DNA of 64,000 nucleotides, from the NCBI GenBank assembly GCA_002269645.1, contig NIVC01002733.1, positions 1-64,000 on the forward strand, written 5' to 3'. This stretch comes from Macrostomum lignano (taxonomy: Eukaryota). Position numbers and translations under genes: made by a program. Shown here one piece after another: positions 52,001 to 61,714 of this stretch; positions within the stretch are counted from its first letter, which is position 1, and the number at the start of each line of letters is the position of its first letter. The notes under the pieces are model-generated. The model was not told where the DNA came from, searched no databases, and saw nothing but the letters and a program-made list of their open reading frames with translations.

Positions 52001-54642
52001 GCAGCAGTCGGCTCTGAAATCGACTCCCTGAAGCGCTCCTGCTCATTGCCACTGGGATTCTGGTGTCTAAATCTGCACCAGACTCGCATGAGAAACACAA
52101 ACCATTCGGTTGCTTCTCGCATGTGCGACTCTCTATCAGTTTCCATGGGCAGCACCAGAGCTGCTTCCATCCGACCTCGAACGATAGCGGCTGCGTGTTC
52201 AAGTAGAGACTTGTAGTGCTGCTCTGCTGCTAGCAGCTGCTCTTCTGTCACAGCATTCAAGCCTTTTGTTGTGACACCGAGTAGTTCAAAGACTTTCTCC
52301 CCTCGAATACTGTACGTTTTTCGCAGTCTGGTAAATACCGAATTCCTCGCTTCTTCAACATTCAACGTTGAATCGCTGACGATTCTGTGCACACACTGAA
52401 TGGCGGACTCTTTTGTTTGGTTTGGATTGCCAACTGGGTCTGTTCCGTCAGCTTCTCTCCAGATGTTGTGCCACTTGGAAGGAGTTCCAGAAGTTTCCTT
52501 GGTTCTGCCGTCGTATGAGCCGTCCTTTTTGATAAGAGGCACCAGCAGCTGAGCGTAAGTAGATTTGACGTCGACAAAGCGAATGGGCGAGCCTCGACTG
52601 CAAAGATGGTATCTGGTGAGAGCGTTCGTAAATTCGTTTAAAATCTCAACGCGATCAAAAGTCGCTGATAAAGCCATGGTGTCCTTAGTGGTGTAGGTTA
52701 AAGTGCCTGCAGCACCGACATCAGACGGTGGCTTCTTATCTTCGGTAATCGACTCCCTGAACCGCTTGTGCTCATCGCCATGGGGATTCTGCTTCCTGAA
52801 CCTGCACCAGGCTCGCATGAGAAACGCAAACCATTCGGTTGCTTCTCCCATGTGCGACGCTCTGTCAGTCACCGATGGCAGCACCAGAGCTGCTTCCATT
52901 CGACCGCGAACGATAGCGGCTATGTGTTCAAACAGAGATTTGAAGCGCTGCTCTGCACTACGCTGAAGTTCAGAGACTTTCTTCTCTCGATTAATGTATG
53001 TTTTTTGCAGTCTGTTAAATACCGAATTCCTCGCTTCTTCAACATTCAACGTTGAATCGCTGACGATTCTGTGCACACACTGAATGGCGGACTCGTTCGT
53101 TTGGTTTGGATCGCCAACTGGGTCTGTTCCGTCAGCTTCTCCCCAGATGTTGTGCCACTTGGAGGGATTTCCAGACGTTTCCTTGGTTCTGCCGTCGTAT
53201 GAGCCGTCCTTTTTGATAAGAGGCACCAGCAGCTGAGCGTAAGTATTTTTGACGGCATCGAATTCAATGGGTTTTCCTTTTAGCTGTATCTGTACCTTAT
53301 GATGAGGTAATTGCATGTTTTCATGTAGGCGTTTCAGCACCGAGTCCCTTCGCCAAGATAGAAAATCGCAGTCAAACTGACGCATTTCAAGGCTAAAGAA
53401 TATAGGCGGGTCTGAAGACTCGGACTCTGAAAACTCAGAGTTTGTATCTTTGTTTTGCCAAAGGGTCACGTGAGCTTCGAATCTCGTGTTAAGCCATACT
53501 TTACTCACTCGAGGGTACAAACTCATTTTCAGTTTCGTATTTTCGTCTTTAACTGTCACCGCCATCTCGCACTCAAAGTATTCGCCATCCAGTGTCTTCA
53601 GCAGCCAGTCACCGCGGCAATCTTCAGCGGTAGCTACAAGCAGGCAGTCAGTGTGCCATGCTGAATCGAAGGGGAAAGCTTCTTGCCTGGAAAGTCTCAA
53701 TTCAGTTTCACACAGGCCAGTCAACCTGATGTCAGTGACCTGATCTTCCAGGCCGTCTACAAAGAAGCTGACTCTCCAGTTTACGATCTGGTGGACGTTC
53801 ACGCCCACATGGTCGAAGTCGACAATGAATCCTGAGCTCTGCAGCATGGACTCTGATGACTCACACGACAGCGGCACTGTTTGGCTTGGCATGTCGTCAT
53901 GCAACTCGTTCAGCTCGTCGTTTAGTTTCAGGCGAACCTTCAGAGGATCTCCATCTGGTGTGCGGATGCTTTTGTCTTCGCCCTGATGCAAGGTCTCGGA
54001 AGTTTCAATCTGTTGGTTCGAATACCTGTACGCAGTGTAGCTTTTTCCAAGACACGCGAGCCTCACGCGAAGTGCACCTTGAAGCTTTACACCGCTGCCG
54101 TCAGCAACCATTCTGTTTTGATGCGTCTGCTGACACAGCTCCTCACAGTTGCCGAGCACAAAAACCTCGACGCCTGAATGAGCGAGAGCTCGAAACTGCA
54201 GCTGCACAGGTATTACTGGATGTGCAGACACCGTCCACGTGTTTTGTCTCTCATCAATTAACACGAGAACTTCCACAACGTTGTTCAGTGCATGTTGCCC
54301 ATTTAAAATTTGTATTACATTCTCTTTAGAGAGTTTCAGCTCACTCTGACTATTGACGGTCACTGAAAACTCCAACGGGATTCTGTCAGGCAGAATCAGG
54401 AATTCTCCACCGGACCTCATTTCGGCTTGCAGGCACGGAACCGCCGACTCGTCTCTTTCAACTTGCGATCCGACATCAAAATCAGCTGTGACAAACACTT
54501 TTTCATCTTCGAGAGTGTCTTTTTGATGAAGCTGGTACTTCTTACCTGCTAGCGAGACGACACAGGTGGACTCTGCATCGACCAATTGCGTCTCCACGCG
54601 GTAGTGAAGCCGCAGCTCAATCTGCTCGGGTTCATTAGACAT
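49096..54642 (-). CDS. Uncharacterised 1848-aa single-exon protein with internal domain repeats
   Basis: 5547-nt uninterrupted, non-low-complexity ORF. In-frame TGA two codons before the ATG. TATA and CCAAT upstream. Internal homology blocks (see findings). Confidence 0.93.
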   Translation of the reverse strand: MSNEPEQIELRLHYRVETQLVDAESTCVVSLAGKKYQLHQKDTLEDEKVFVTADFDVGSQVERDESAVPCLQAEMRSGGEFLILPDRIPLEFSVTVNSQSELKLSKENVIQILNGQHALNNVVEVLVLIDERQNTWTVSAHPVIPVQLQFRALAHSGVEVFVLGNCEELCQQTHQNRMVADGSGVKLQGALRVRLACLGKSYTAYRYSNQQIETSETLHQGEDKSIRTPDGDPLKVRLKLNDELNELHDDMPSQTVPLSCESSESMLQSSGFIVDFDHVGVNVHQIVNWRVSFFVDGLEDQVTDIRLTGLCETELRLSRQEAFPFDSAWHTDCLLVATAEDCRGDWLLKTLDGEYFECEMAVTVKDENTKLKMSLYPRVSKVWLNTRFEAHVTLWQNKDTNSEFSESESSDPPIFFSLEMRQFDCDFLSWRRDSVLKRLHENMQLPHHKVQIQLKGKPIEFDAVKNTYAQLLVPLIKKDGSYDGRTKETSGNPSKWHNIWGEADGTDPVGDPNQTNESAIQCVHRIVSDSTLNVEEARNSVFNRLQKTYINREKKVSELQRSAEQRFKSLFEHIAAIVRGRMEAALVLPSVTDRASHMGEATEWFAFLMRAWCRFRKQNPHGDEHKRFRESITEDKKPPSDVGAAGTLTYTTKDTMALSATFDRVEILNEFTNALTRYHLCSRGSPIRFVDVKSTYAQLLVPLIKKDGSYDGRTKETSGTPSKWHNIWREADGTDPVGNPNQTKESAIQCVHRIVSDSTLNVEEARNSVFTRLRKTYSIRGEKVFELLGVTTKGLNAVTEEQLLAAEQHYKSLLEHAAAIVRGRMEAALVLPMETDRESHMREATEWFVFLMRVWCRFRHQNPSGNEQERFRESISEPTAASDTLSDPASLKPPEKVQQLLQLSFQFDENTAREGSVVEFDGETFSTSKIVKVQDAQRKDAVWTRNGETIKFKAKTKSSDELKEFQLACSEDFNFVEEVISYKIIVTNKVHILRQMPDQVDQRIGDFFVRVCKGEVAVEQFTSITLRFKVEHCEGMSAVWVSNLSIGNLHLKLDDQKREWQSPVHVPLVYIDSKHDWKVRPLVQAVINNKLYNCSLSMQKDKPDGAQLVTDGADLIATVSQLTTEDKKWDICECTHESEDSLMPVEVHLRVRGELENRTVELISQEGSSVTAGKSISVATRVLPDGSVSGLKELKVVVDQQPVAIEQKLISTTVSKVVVLVYLDCSQPIAHMLPVIDVPMVFTAEEESVHVLSNCPELGHEPTSSNKLTKDSSTGGWVKWQGLQLAVINGEFRLLDDQPVTVWRRKNRKKVHHWPLRLLCHNSAAGEIGFCIQFNKDTAEPMVHRSVRTLLQIRAGHQEGMTSLCAKGVGLTDSPFTRESEPCVIHSFVEKDCKDCREFWDGAVELAAAMPVPTEGRDFELRHPDGHTLEFALNAEKSNEAKRMPVYFVLKVESPIQPVAFFCEELVYKNPVTDIEKRELEDHFSDLAEGKGMFQTLKESFFPQNDSNQPNCTTVSLRDVLQMIEEPTSKKAKKTTTTLALNSAENTKKSNDKKNKNAEIYEEFKFRKIVFDLLVPRFKRCGAYAKPTCDNPDFHIWASVEDVQKEQNSNRQKYTDTGQSDLEKFLTAEKKSEIHEECCKFNGAVACRSSAQYFFRRVGHPFGRRQNYPNGVNATLAATHIRKRLRTLYHLQRQRLIYNRTRIDLEGGCNYWKTVPNLYKEAMERAEAIAYVNEKTKGSISQLLIKTAAAIARGRAEALMLPLVATDKKHSDAAITWLECTVNALREYFSENPVSESNLANTIKHILNDGNFPPPNFNQWPCTCKLACCKRPLIANKSKKGRHQKRKS

Positions 54643-54729
54643 GTCTCATTGTCTGACTTCAAAACCATTGACAATGCAGCATTGTTTCGTTCTTCCTGTC
54701 GCAGCATAAAAATGAAACAGAAAGGGCTC

Positions 54730-54787
54730 TTATATAGTACGGACTGGATTCAAGGTACCAACTCACACAGCTGTGTCTTGTCATTGG
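54730..54787 (-). promoter_or_regulatory. Putative core promoter of the 1848-aa gene: TATATAA (54730-54736) and CCAAT (54783-54787)
   Basis: Motifs read on the - strand about 90 and 140 nt upstream of the ATG, with Inr-like TCATTT near 54713. Confidence 0.5.
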
Positions 54788-57495
54788 TTGGTTGCCCTAA
54801 TCAATGGAGCCACCCCGTTATTTCAGAGAAAGAGTAACGCATGTGAATGAACCCATGCCAATTTTCTCTGTCCTCTCTGTCTTCTCTCTTTCCTTTTGTA
54901 GATCTGAATCTTTACTCGGAAGCTGAATAGACCCAATTTTGGACATTGTACCTAGCCCGTACTGCAATCTGACCTCGAAGATGTCTGAGCCGACGTTCCC
55001 AACGTCTATCGACATCTATGACAGTAGTATAGTATAGGAAAAAGTAGTTTAAGCGCTAAAATTTCAAAAAAATGACCAAAAACAGATGAAAATCGACTAA
55101 AAACAGGTGAAAATGCTCTAAAAACAGCGATTTTAGTGAATTTCCAAAATTTTTGAAAAATTTCTTTTTGCGCAATGTCGTGACCATTAAAACCATAGGA
55201 AATGTCTGATTCGTGGGTTAAAATAATCTATTTTTAGGTATAAACATTTTAAAAGTACCATCTAATTTAATAATAGTCATTTATTCTATCGCGTAACGCC
55301 CTTCAATAAACCAATCATACCCCTTCATACACCATCATACATCTTTCCAAGCTACCTTGTATGCATAAACATTACGAGTATGACTTGTACCTTATTTACT
55401 CTAGCCATACAATGCTTCTACAAAAGACAACAATTTGGCTTTAATGGTGTTTTTGATTTGTACACAACAAGAACAAACCGTAGTTACGAAACACAAAACA
55501 AACAAACGCACACCATAAGCACCATTTCTCATTTCTCAAAGGCTCATTCACACTGAAATCAAATGAAAGACCAAATCAAACAACTCGTTTGACCACACAG
55601 TCACAGAGTTTCTAAATTTTTCTGTGATCACTGAAATCTCAGCTAACTTAGAAAATTTTCAAATTCAGCGACAAAGTCAATAACGCGAGGGCCAGTTGAT
55701 CAACTAAAACGCTGTACAATGATCGTTTGCCTCTTACACAGCACTCCAAGTTGCGCAACATGCAAAACTCAACTCAAGCCACTCTATTTTAACAACTCTC
55801 CGTCTAGTCTGACTGTCGCTTCAAAATTGATTGGTCATCACACCAGTCAGGTTACTAACTATTTTATTATTTTTCATCACATGAGCCGGGGGTCGGTAAA
55901 CTCCGGCCTTAGAAACTCCACAATAGTAATTAGGCCCGCTCAATGTTTGTCTCCTTTCAGCGCTCTTCTCTCTTCTCTCCTCTCTTCTCATCTCTTCTCT
56001 CTTCTCACCTATCTCTTTTCTTTTTTATTCCCCTTTGGTTGCCACTGGAACCCCTGGTGTAAACAAAGTGCAAGAAAATCCTATTCTATACGACCTTCGG
56101 CACTCTGACAATCGAAATACCAGGAAAAAGGACGATCAGAAAAGTTCAATATGCTAGGTTTTTCGTTAGCACGCGCCAGTTATATCAATAAGAGCGCTGG
56201 CCTTTGTACTCTGATATAGACTGTACACTGGTATTGAATTTAAAGCACAAAATAGTTTTCTCAAACGTGCTGAAAATATGTACAATTTAGGCTCAGCTGG
56301 AGATATGTGCAAATCTTTACAAACAAATTGTAAAACCTGCATCACCCTCCTCTAAACCCCAGACCAGTCATTCTCCTCAGTCAGTTGTCAGTTGTCAGTT
56401 GTCACATGTCAGTTGATTGCAGTCGCAAAAGTCAGTTGATGGCGTGAAAAACTGGATGTGATTGTCAAAGATTCGTTAATCATCAACTGAAATTTTGTGG
56501 GATCAACTCGAAAATTGGCCTCATTTGATGCCGGTGTGACGAAAGCCCGAAATCCGAAAACCCCCAACTGAGTCAATTAGGCAGCTCGCAAGTAGACAAA
56601 CTTTGCTTGATGACTAACACAGGAATTCGGGGTTTTCTATTAGCTATCCATCTAATCGCGCTACACACAAAAGAAGCTCGCACCGCAACAATGACCAGCT
56701 ATTCAATTGTCTGACCATCATAGACTGGCCACTTCAATATTATCATTCTTAGATACTGTAGTAGAGAGGTTCTAACCCACCCACTCAACATTCCCTTGAG
56801 ATGAATCAGATGAATCAGGAAAAAGATGAATCATAGTTTTTTGAATGAATGATGAGGCCAGCTTTTGCATGGGAATGGAAGCACTGGAATTGTGCTTATA
56901 CATCGAAGCGAAAAAAACAACGGCCCCCTCTCATCTCGACCGGGGCTATCCAGCCAGACCAGCTCTACACAAAAGAAAAAAATAACAAAAGCCGAGGTTT
57001 GAGGGCCAAGCCTGCAGCCTGCGGACGCGTGACACAGTATAGACTCGAAGCAATGCTTTGGGGGTGATATTGCTGCCTAACAACGGCACACAGAGAAACT
57101 GCTCGAGCGATATCCCTGCACCGCTCTAACTATGCATTGCTGTGCATTTTTCGACTAAACCAGTTTGCTTGCTTGACTGGACTTGAAAATACACTGTCTT
57201 GAATAATTTGCGGTACAGAGCAAATTCGGAGATGTGAGCCTCACTTACTCATAAAAGGGCCCTTGGAGGCCAGTGAGTTAGAAAGTCTTTCTGACTTGTG
57301 AACAGAAGATAGCAGGAAAATAAAACCTGTTATAGGAAATAGGGGAAAAATACTGAAACCAAGACTAGCGTACTCATTCCCGAATCCCTAACCTACAAAA
57401 GGCAGTGTTCCTCTGCACTTCCACTCACAAGTATCTCTTCAGATTTTTCCTCTCTGTTAAATTTTCCTTTTCGAAGGACCTGTCAGCAGACAGAG

Positions 57496-57612
57496 CTGAG
57501 GGTTGCTTTCATAAACGCGAAACTTCACAACTGCGAAACTTCATAACCGCTAAAATTTCTGGACTTACTTTCAGCGGTTGTGAAGTTTCGCGTTTATGAA
57601 ACCCACCCTCAG
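57496..57612. mobile_element. 117-bp palindromic element (MITE-like hairpin)
   Basis: Perfect 25-bp inverted arms 57507-57531 and 57577-57601; outer CTGAGGGT/ACCCTCAG; flanks CAGACAGAG and CAGACAGCA. Confidence 0.65.
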
Positions 57613-57880
57613 CAGACAGCAGCACTGCACCCCGTTCGCAAATTATTTTTCAATTGCTTTTTTATTAAAGCAATTATTTGCTTTCAATTTCTACTAGCCC
57701 GTCAAGACTAAAAATTTTCACCTGTAAAGCTAATTAGCACTTAATCTGGCAATTTGTGTATTTTTGTATTATATAATAGTTTAATATTCAATTGACTACT
57801 GTAATCTATAATATACTTGAGCGTACGTATCAACATCCGTTTCTGTTGTGTTTACTTCTATACAATTATGAACGCGTTTC

Positions 57881-59295
57881 CATAGGCGTAGGAACGGGGG
57901 GAGACAGTGGGGTCATGGCCCCCCCCACCTTGAAAAGTGGGGGGGGGGCAGTAATGGTGTCTGGCCCCTCCACATTTTAAATGCAAGATGTAGACTTTGT
58001 GCTTATTTTTTACTCTTATTTTTATTTTTTCTGCTTTGCATAAATGTATTTTGTTGCAGGGCGACAAAAAATAGCGCCTCTGGCGCTAAAATGGGCCTGC
58101 GGCGCCAAAATGAGTGCCTACGGCGCCAAAATGAGTGCCTGCGGCGCCAAAATGAGTGCCTCTGGCGCTAAAATGGGCCTGCGGCGCCAAAATGAGTGCC
58201 TACGGCGCCAAAATGAGTGCCTGCGGCGCTAAAATGAGTGCCTCTGGCGCTAAAATGGGCATGCGGCGCCAAAATGAGTGCCTGCGGCGCCAAAATGAGT
58301 GCCTGCTGCGCCAAAATGAGTGCCTGAGGCGCCAAAATAGTGCCTGTGGCGCTAAAATAGTGCCTGCGGCGCCAAACTGAATGCCTGCGGCGCTAAAATG
58401 AGTGCCTGCGGCGCTAAAATAGTGCCTGCGGCGCCAAAATGAGTGCCTACGGCGCTAAAATGAGTGCCTTCGGCGCTAAAATGAGTGCCTGCGGCACTAA
58501 AATGAGTGACTGCGGCGCTAAAATGAGTGCCTTCGGCGCTAAAATGAGTGCCTGCGGCGCTAAAATGAGTGCCTACGGCGCCAAAATGAGTGCCTGCGTC
58601 GCTAAAATGAGTGCCTGCGGCGCTAAAATGAGTGCCCGCGGCGCTAAAATGAGTGCCTACGGCGCCAAAATGAGTGCCTGCGTCGCTAAAATGAGTGCCT
58701 GCGGCGCTAAAATGAGTGCCCGCGGCGCTAAAATAGTGCCTGCGGCGCTAAAATGAGTGCCTGCGGCGCTAAAATGAGTGCCTGCGGCGCCAAAATGAGT
58801 GCCTACGGCGCTAAAATGAGTGCCTGCGGCGCTAAAATAGTGCCTGCGGCGCCAAAATGAGTGCCTACGGCGCTAAAATGAGTGCCGTCGGCGCTAAAAT
58901 AGTGCCTGCGGTGCCAAACTGAATGCCTGCGGCGCCAAAATGAGTGCCTGCGGCGCTAAAATGAGTGCCTGCGGCGCCAAAATGAGTGCCTGCGGCGCTA
59001 AAATGAGTGCCTGCGACGCTAAAATGAGTGCCTGCGGCGCTAAAATAGTGCCTGCAGCGCCAAAATGACTGCCTGCGGCACCAAATGAGTGCCTGCGTCG
59101 CTAAAATGAGTGCTGACAACACCGATTCTAAAAATTATTGGTACATACATGCTGTTCATTTTCTATACAAAAAAATAAAAAAATCTAACTCGACAGGGGG
59201 GGCGTGCACCCTGTGCGCCAACCCCCCCCCCCTAAATCCGCCACTGAACCTGCCCCCCCCCCACTTTTTGAAACGTTCCTACGTCTATGCCTATG
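57881..59295. mobile_element. Non-autonomous hAT-type element (1415 bp) carrying ~1 kb of the 21-bp satellite
   Basis: Left end CATAGGCGTAGGAACG; right end CGTTCCTACGTCTATGCCTATG. Perfect 8-bp TSD CGCGTTTC (57873-57880 and 59296-59303). Subterminal inverted G9/C9 blocks. Confidence 0.92.
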
Positions 59296-59946
59296 CGCGT
59301 TTCAATACATTGAATTAATTACTATATTCGTTTACGAAGTTAGTGAAAAGAAACTTTCAGAAATAAATGTTTCTTAAAAAGCTTTAAATTGTTTGCGATA
59401 TCAAAAAAACTATAGAGCTTTCCACTTCCCAGTTACGAGCTAATACTGTGTTTCTGTTCAGCTTCAATGCAAAACTGCTATAGGCCCTAAAGCTACGAGT
59501 CTATCGCACTCGAGTCTAGAAAAACAGGCCTCATCTTGCAAGGGGCCCAAAACCCTTGCCGGTCAAGCTGTTATAGCTATTAGAAGTATGATGGGCGGAG
59601 GTGATGGGGTAAAAAAAGGCAATGCTTTTTTGACAGCTGACTCACGTGCAGTGGGGGTGGGGTGCTGAAAGAAGCTGCCCGTGTGGTTCAGAACTATAGT
59701 TAGTTGAGAAGCTGGAGCATCGCACACTACAGTGACTACACACTTAAATGAGACGAAGTTTTTTCATTTTTTCAATAAAAGCATAATGACTCAGTGCTGT
59801 CTATAGCTGAAGAAGTAATTTGCAGTTTCCGCTAGCTCACAAAATCTTGCTGCAGCAGGAATTGAGCACCTCTCCTTCAAAACGTGCCACTGTCAACCAA
59901 AAATGGAGTTTTTGAGTTTTTGAGTTTTTGAGACACCACTCTGCAG

Positions 59947-60015
59947 GTGGTGGCCGTCATGAACGACACAATGACCGAGGCTGAGATCCGCAGCTTCTTC
60001 GGTCTTGTGCGCTGA
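59947..60015 (+). CDS. Probable terminal coding exon of an unidentified gene (VVAVMNDTMTEAEIRSFFGLVR*)
   Basis: Acceptor ctctgcag|, GC3-rich codons like the neighbouring genes, and a stop codon. Upstream exons not resolved. Confidence 0.45.
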   Translation: MVAVMNDTMTEAEIRSFFGLVR

Positions 60016-60066
60016 AATTCTGGTGAAAACTGGTTGAATTGAGTCGGAACTATGAAGGCTATAAAT

Positions 60067-61024
60067 AATCCCAGTTGCTTTAATCCCAGTTGCTTTAATC
60101 CCAGTTGCTTTAATCCCAGTTGCTTTAATCCCAGTTGCTTTAATCCCAGTTGCTTTAATCCCAGTTGCTTTAATCCCAGTTGCTTTAATCCCAGTTGCTT
60201 TAATCCCAGTTGCTTTAATCCCAGTTGCTTTAATCCCAGTTGCTTTAATCCCAGTTGCTTTAATCCCAGTTGCTTTAATCCCAGTTGCTTTAATCCCAGT
60301 TGCTTTAATCCCAGTTGCTTTAATCCCAGTTGCTTTAATCCCAGTTGCTTTAATCCCAGTTGCTTTAATCCCAGTTGCTTTAATCCCAGTTGCTTTAATC
60401 CCAGTTGCTTTAATCCCAGTTGCTTTAATCCCAGTTGCTTTAATCCCAGTTGCTTTAATCCCAGTTGCTTTAATCCCAGTTGCTTTAATCCCAGTTGCTT
60501 TAATCCCAGTTGCTTTAATCCCAGTTGCTTTAATCCCAGTTGCTTTAATCCCAGTTGCTTTAATCCCAGTTGCTTTAATCCCAGTTGCTTTAATCCCAGT
60601 TGCTTTAATCCCAGTTGCTTTAATCCCAGTTGCTTTAATCCCAGTTGCTTTAATCCCAGTTGCTTTAATCCCAGTTGCTTTAATCCCAGTTGCTTTAATC
60701 CCAGTTGCTTTAATCCCAGTTGCTTTAATCCCAGTTGCTTTAATCCCAGTTGCTTTAATCCCAGTTGCTTTAATCCCAGTTGCTTTAATCCCAGTTGCTT
60801 TAATCCCAGTTGCTTTAATCCCAGTTGCTTTAATCCCAGTTGCTTTAATCCCAGTTGCTTTAATCCCAGTTGCTTTAATCCCAGTTGCTTTAATCCCAGT
60901 TGCTTTAATCCCAGTTGCTTTAATCCCAGTTGCTTTAATCCCAGTTGCTTTAATCCCAGTTGCTTTAATCCCAGTTGCTTTAATCCCAGTTGCTTTAATC
61001 CCAGTTGCTTTAATCCCAGTTGCT
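60067..61024. repeat. Perfect 15-bp tandem array (AATCCCAGTTGCTTT) x63 plus a partial copy
   Basis: No variant units visible; gives the (NPSCF)n ORF. Confidence 0.98.
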
Positions 61025-61714
61025 ATATCCCACTGATGTCTGCTGACAAGGGGGTGATGCTAAAAGTGTTTATGTAGTCTTATATTCTACTGGCCTTCTA
61101 TTTCTTTCTATTTTATTATATTTTTGTTATATACTTCGTAACACAAAATTACTTCTAGTCCTGTCCCAACTATTTACGCGTTTTGTTTGAGTAGGACTTA
61201 GTTGAGAATATAAGCAGTAGAACAGTTGTCAAATTATATTAATAATTATATTTCGAGACAATAAATGTTTAATTTCCACTCTAACCTAAAAGAGAGACTT
61301 AAGTCTTTGTAAAATCCAAGAGTTGGATTTATCTCGAGAAACAGGCCATAGACAACTCGCTTTGTGTTGTAATATGGAACTCATCGACTTGTCTTATAAC
61401 CTTTTTCCAGTTTATTTAAACGCTTGGCCATAGAACCATAGATACTACTGGTCATGACGAGTAGTAGAGGAGCTATATTTACAACAAAATTGGACAATAA
61501 CAGAAGGGTCACAGCAAGCCAATTATTTCTAGGAAAGTCTATCAATGTCTGTAAATTTCGTTTGAAATTTTGAAATGAATATTTTGATGGCTCGATGATA
61601 AAAATATTAATTATAGAATGAGTAACGGAGAGCCGGCTGCTGAAATCAAGCCAAGTTCGAATCGCGATGTGTCAAAATAGTTGGTCAGTCTCGGACAAAT
61701 TAGAAACAACATTA

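Noticed and set aside
49127-54837. Many short ORFs overlapping the 1848-aa gene on either strand
   Set aside because: Shadow frames of a long coding sequence, with no independent motifs.
54974-55015. 42-nt AG/GT-bounded segment on the - strand (MSIDVGNVGSDIFE) that might be a distant KChIP 5' exon, making the orphan gene nested
   Set aside because: That frame ends in phase 0 whereas the KChIP acceptor at 43382 needs phase 1; no homology support.
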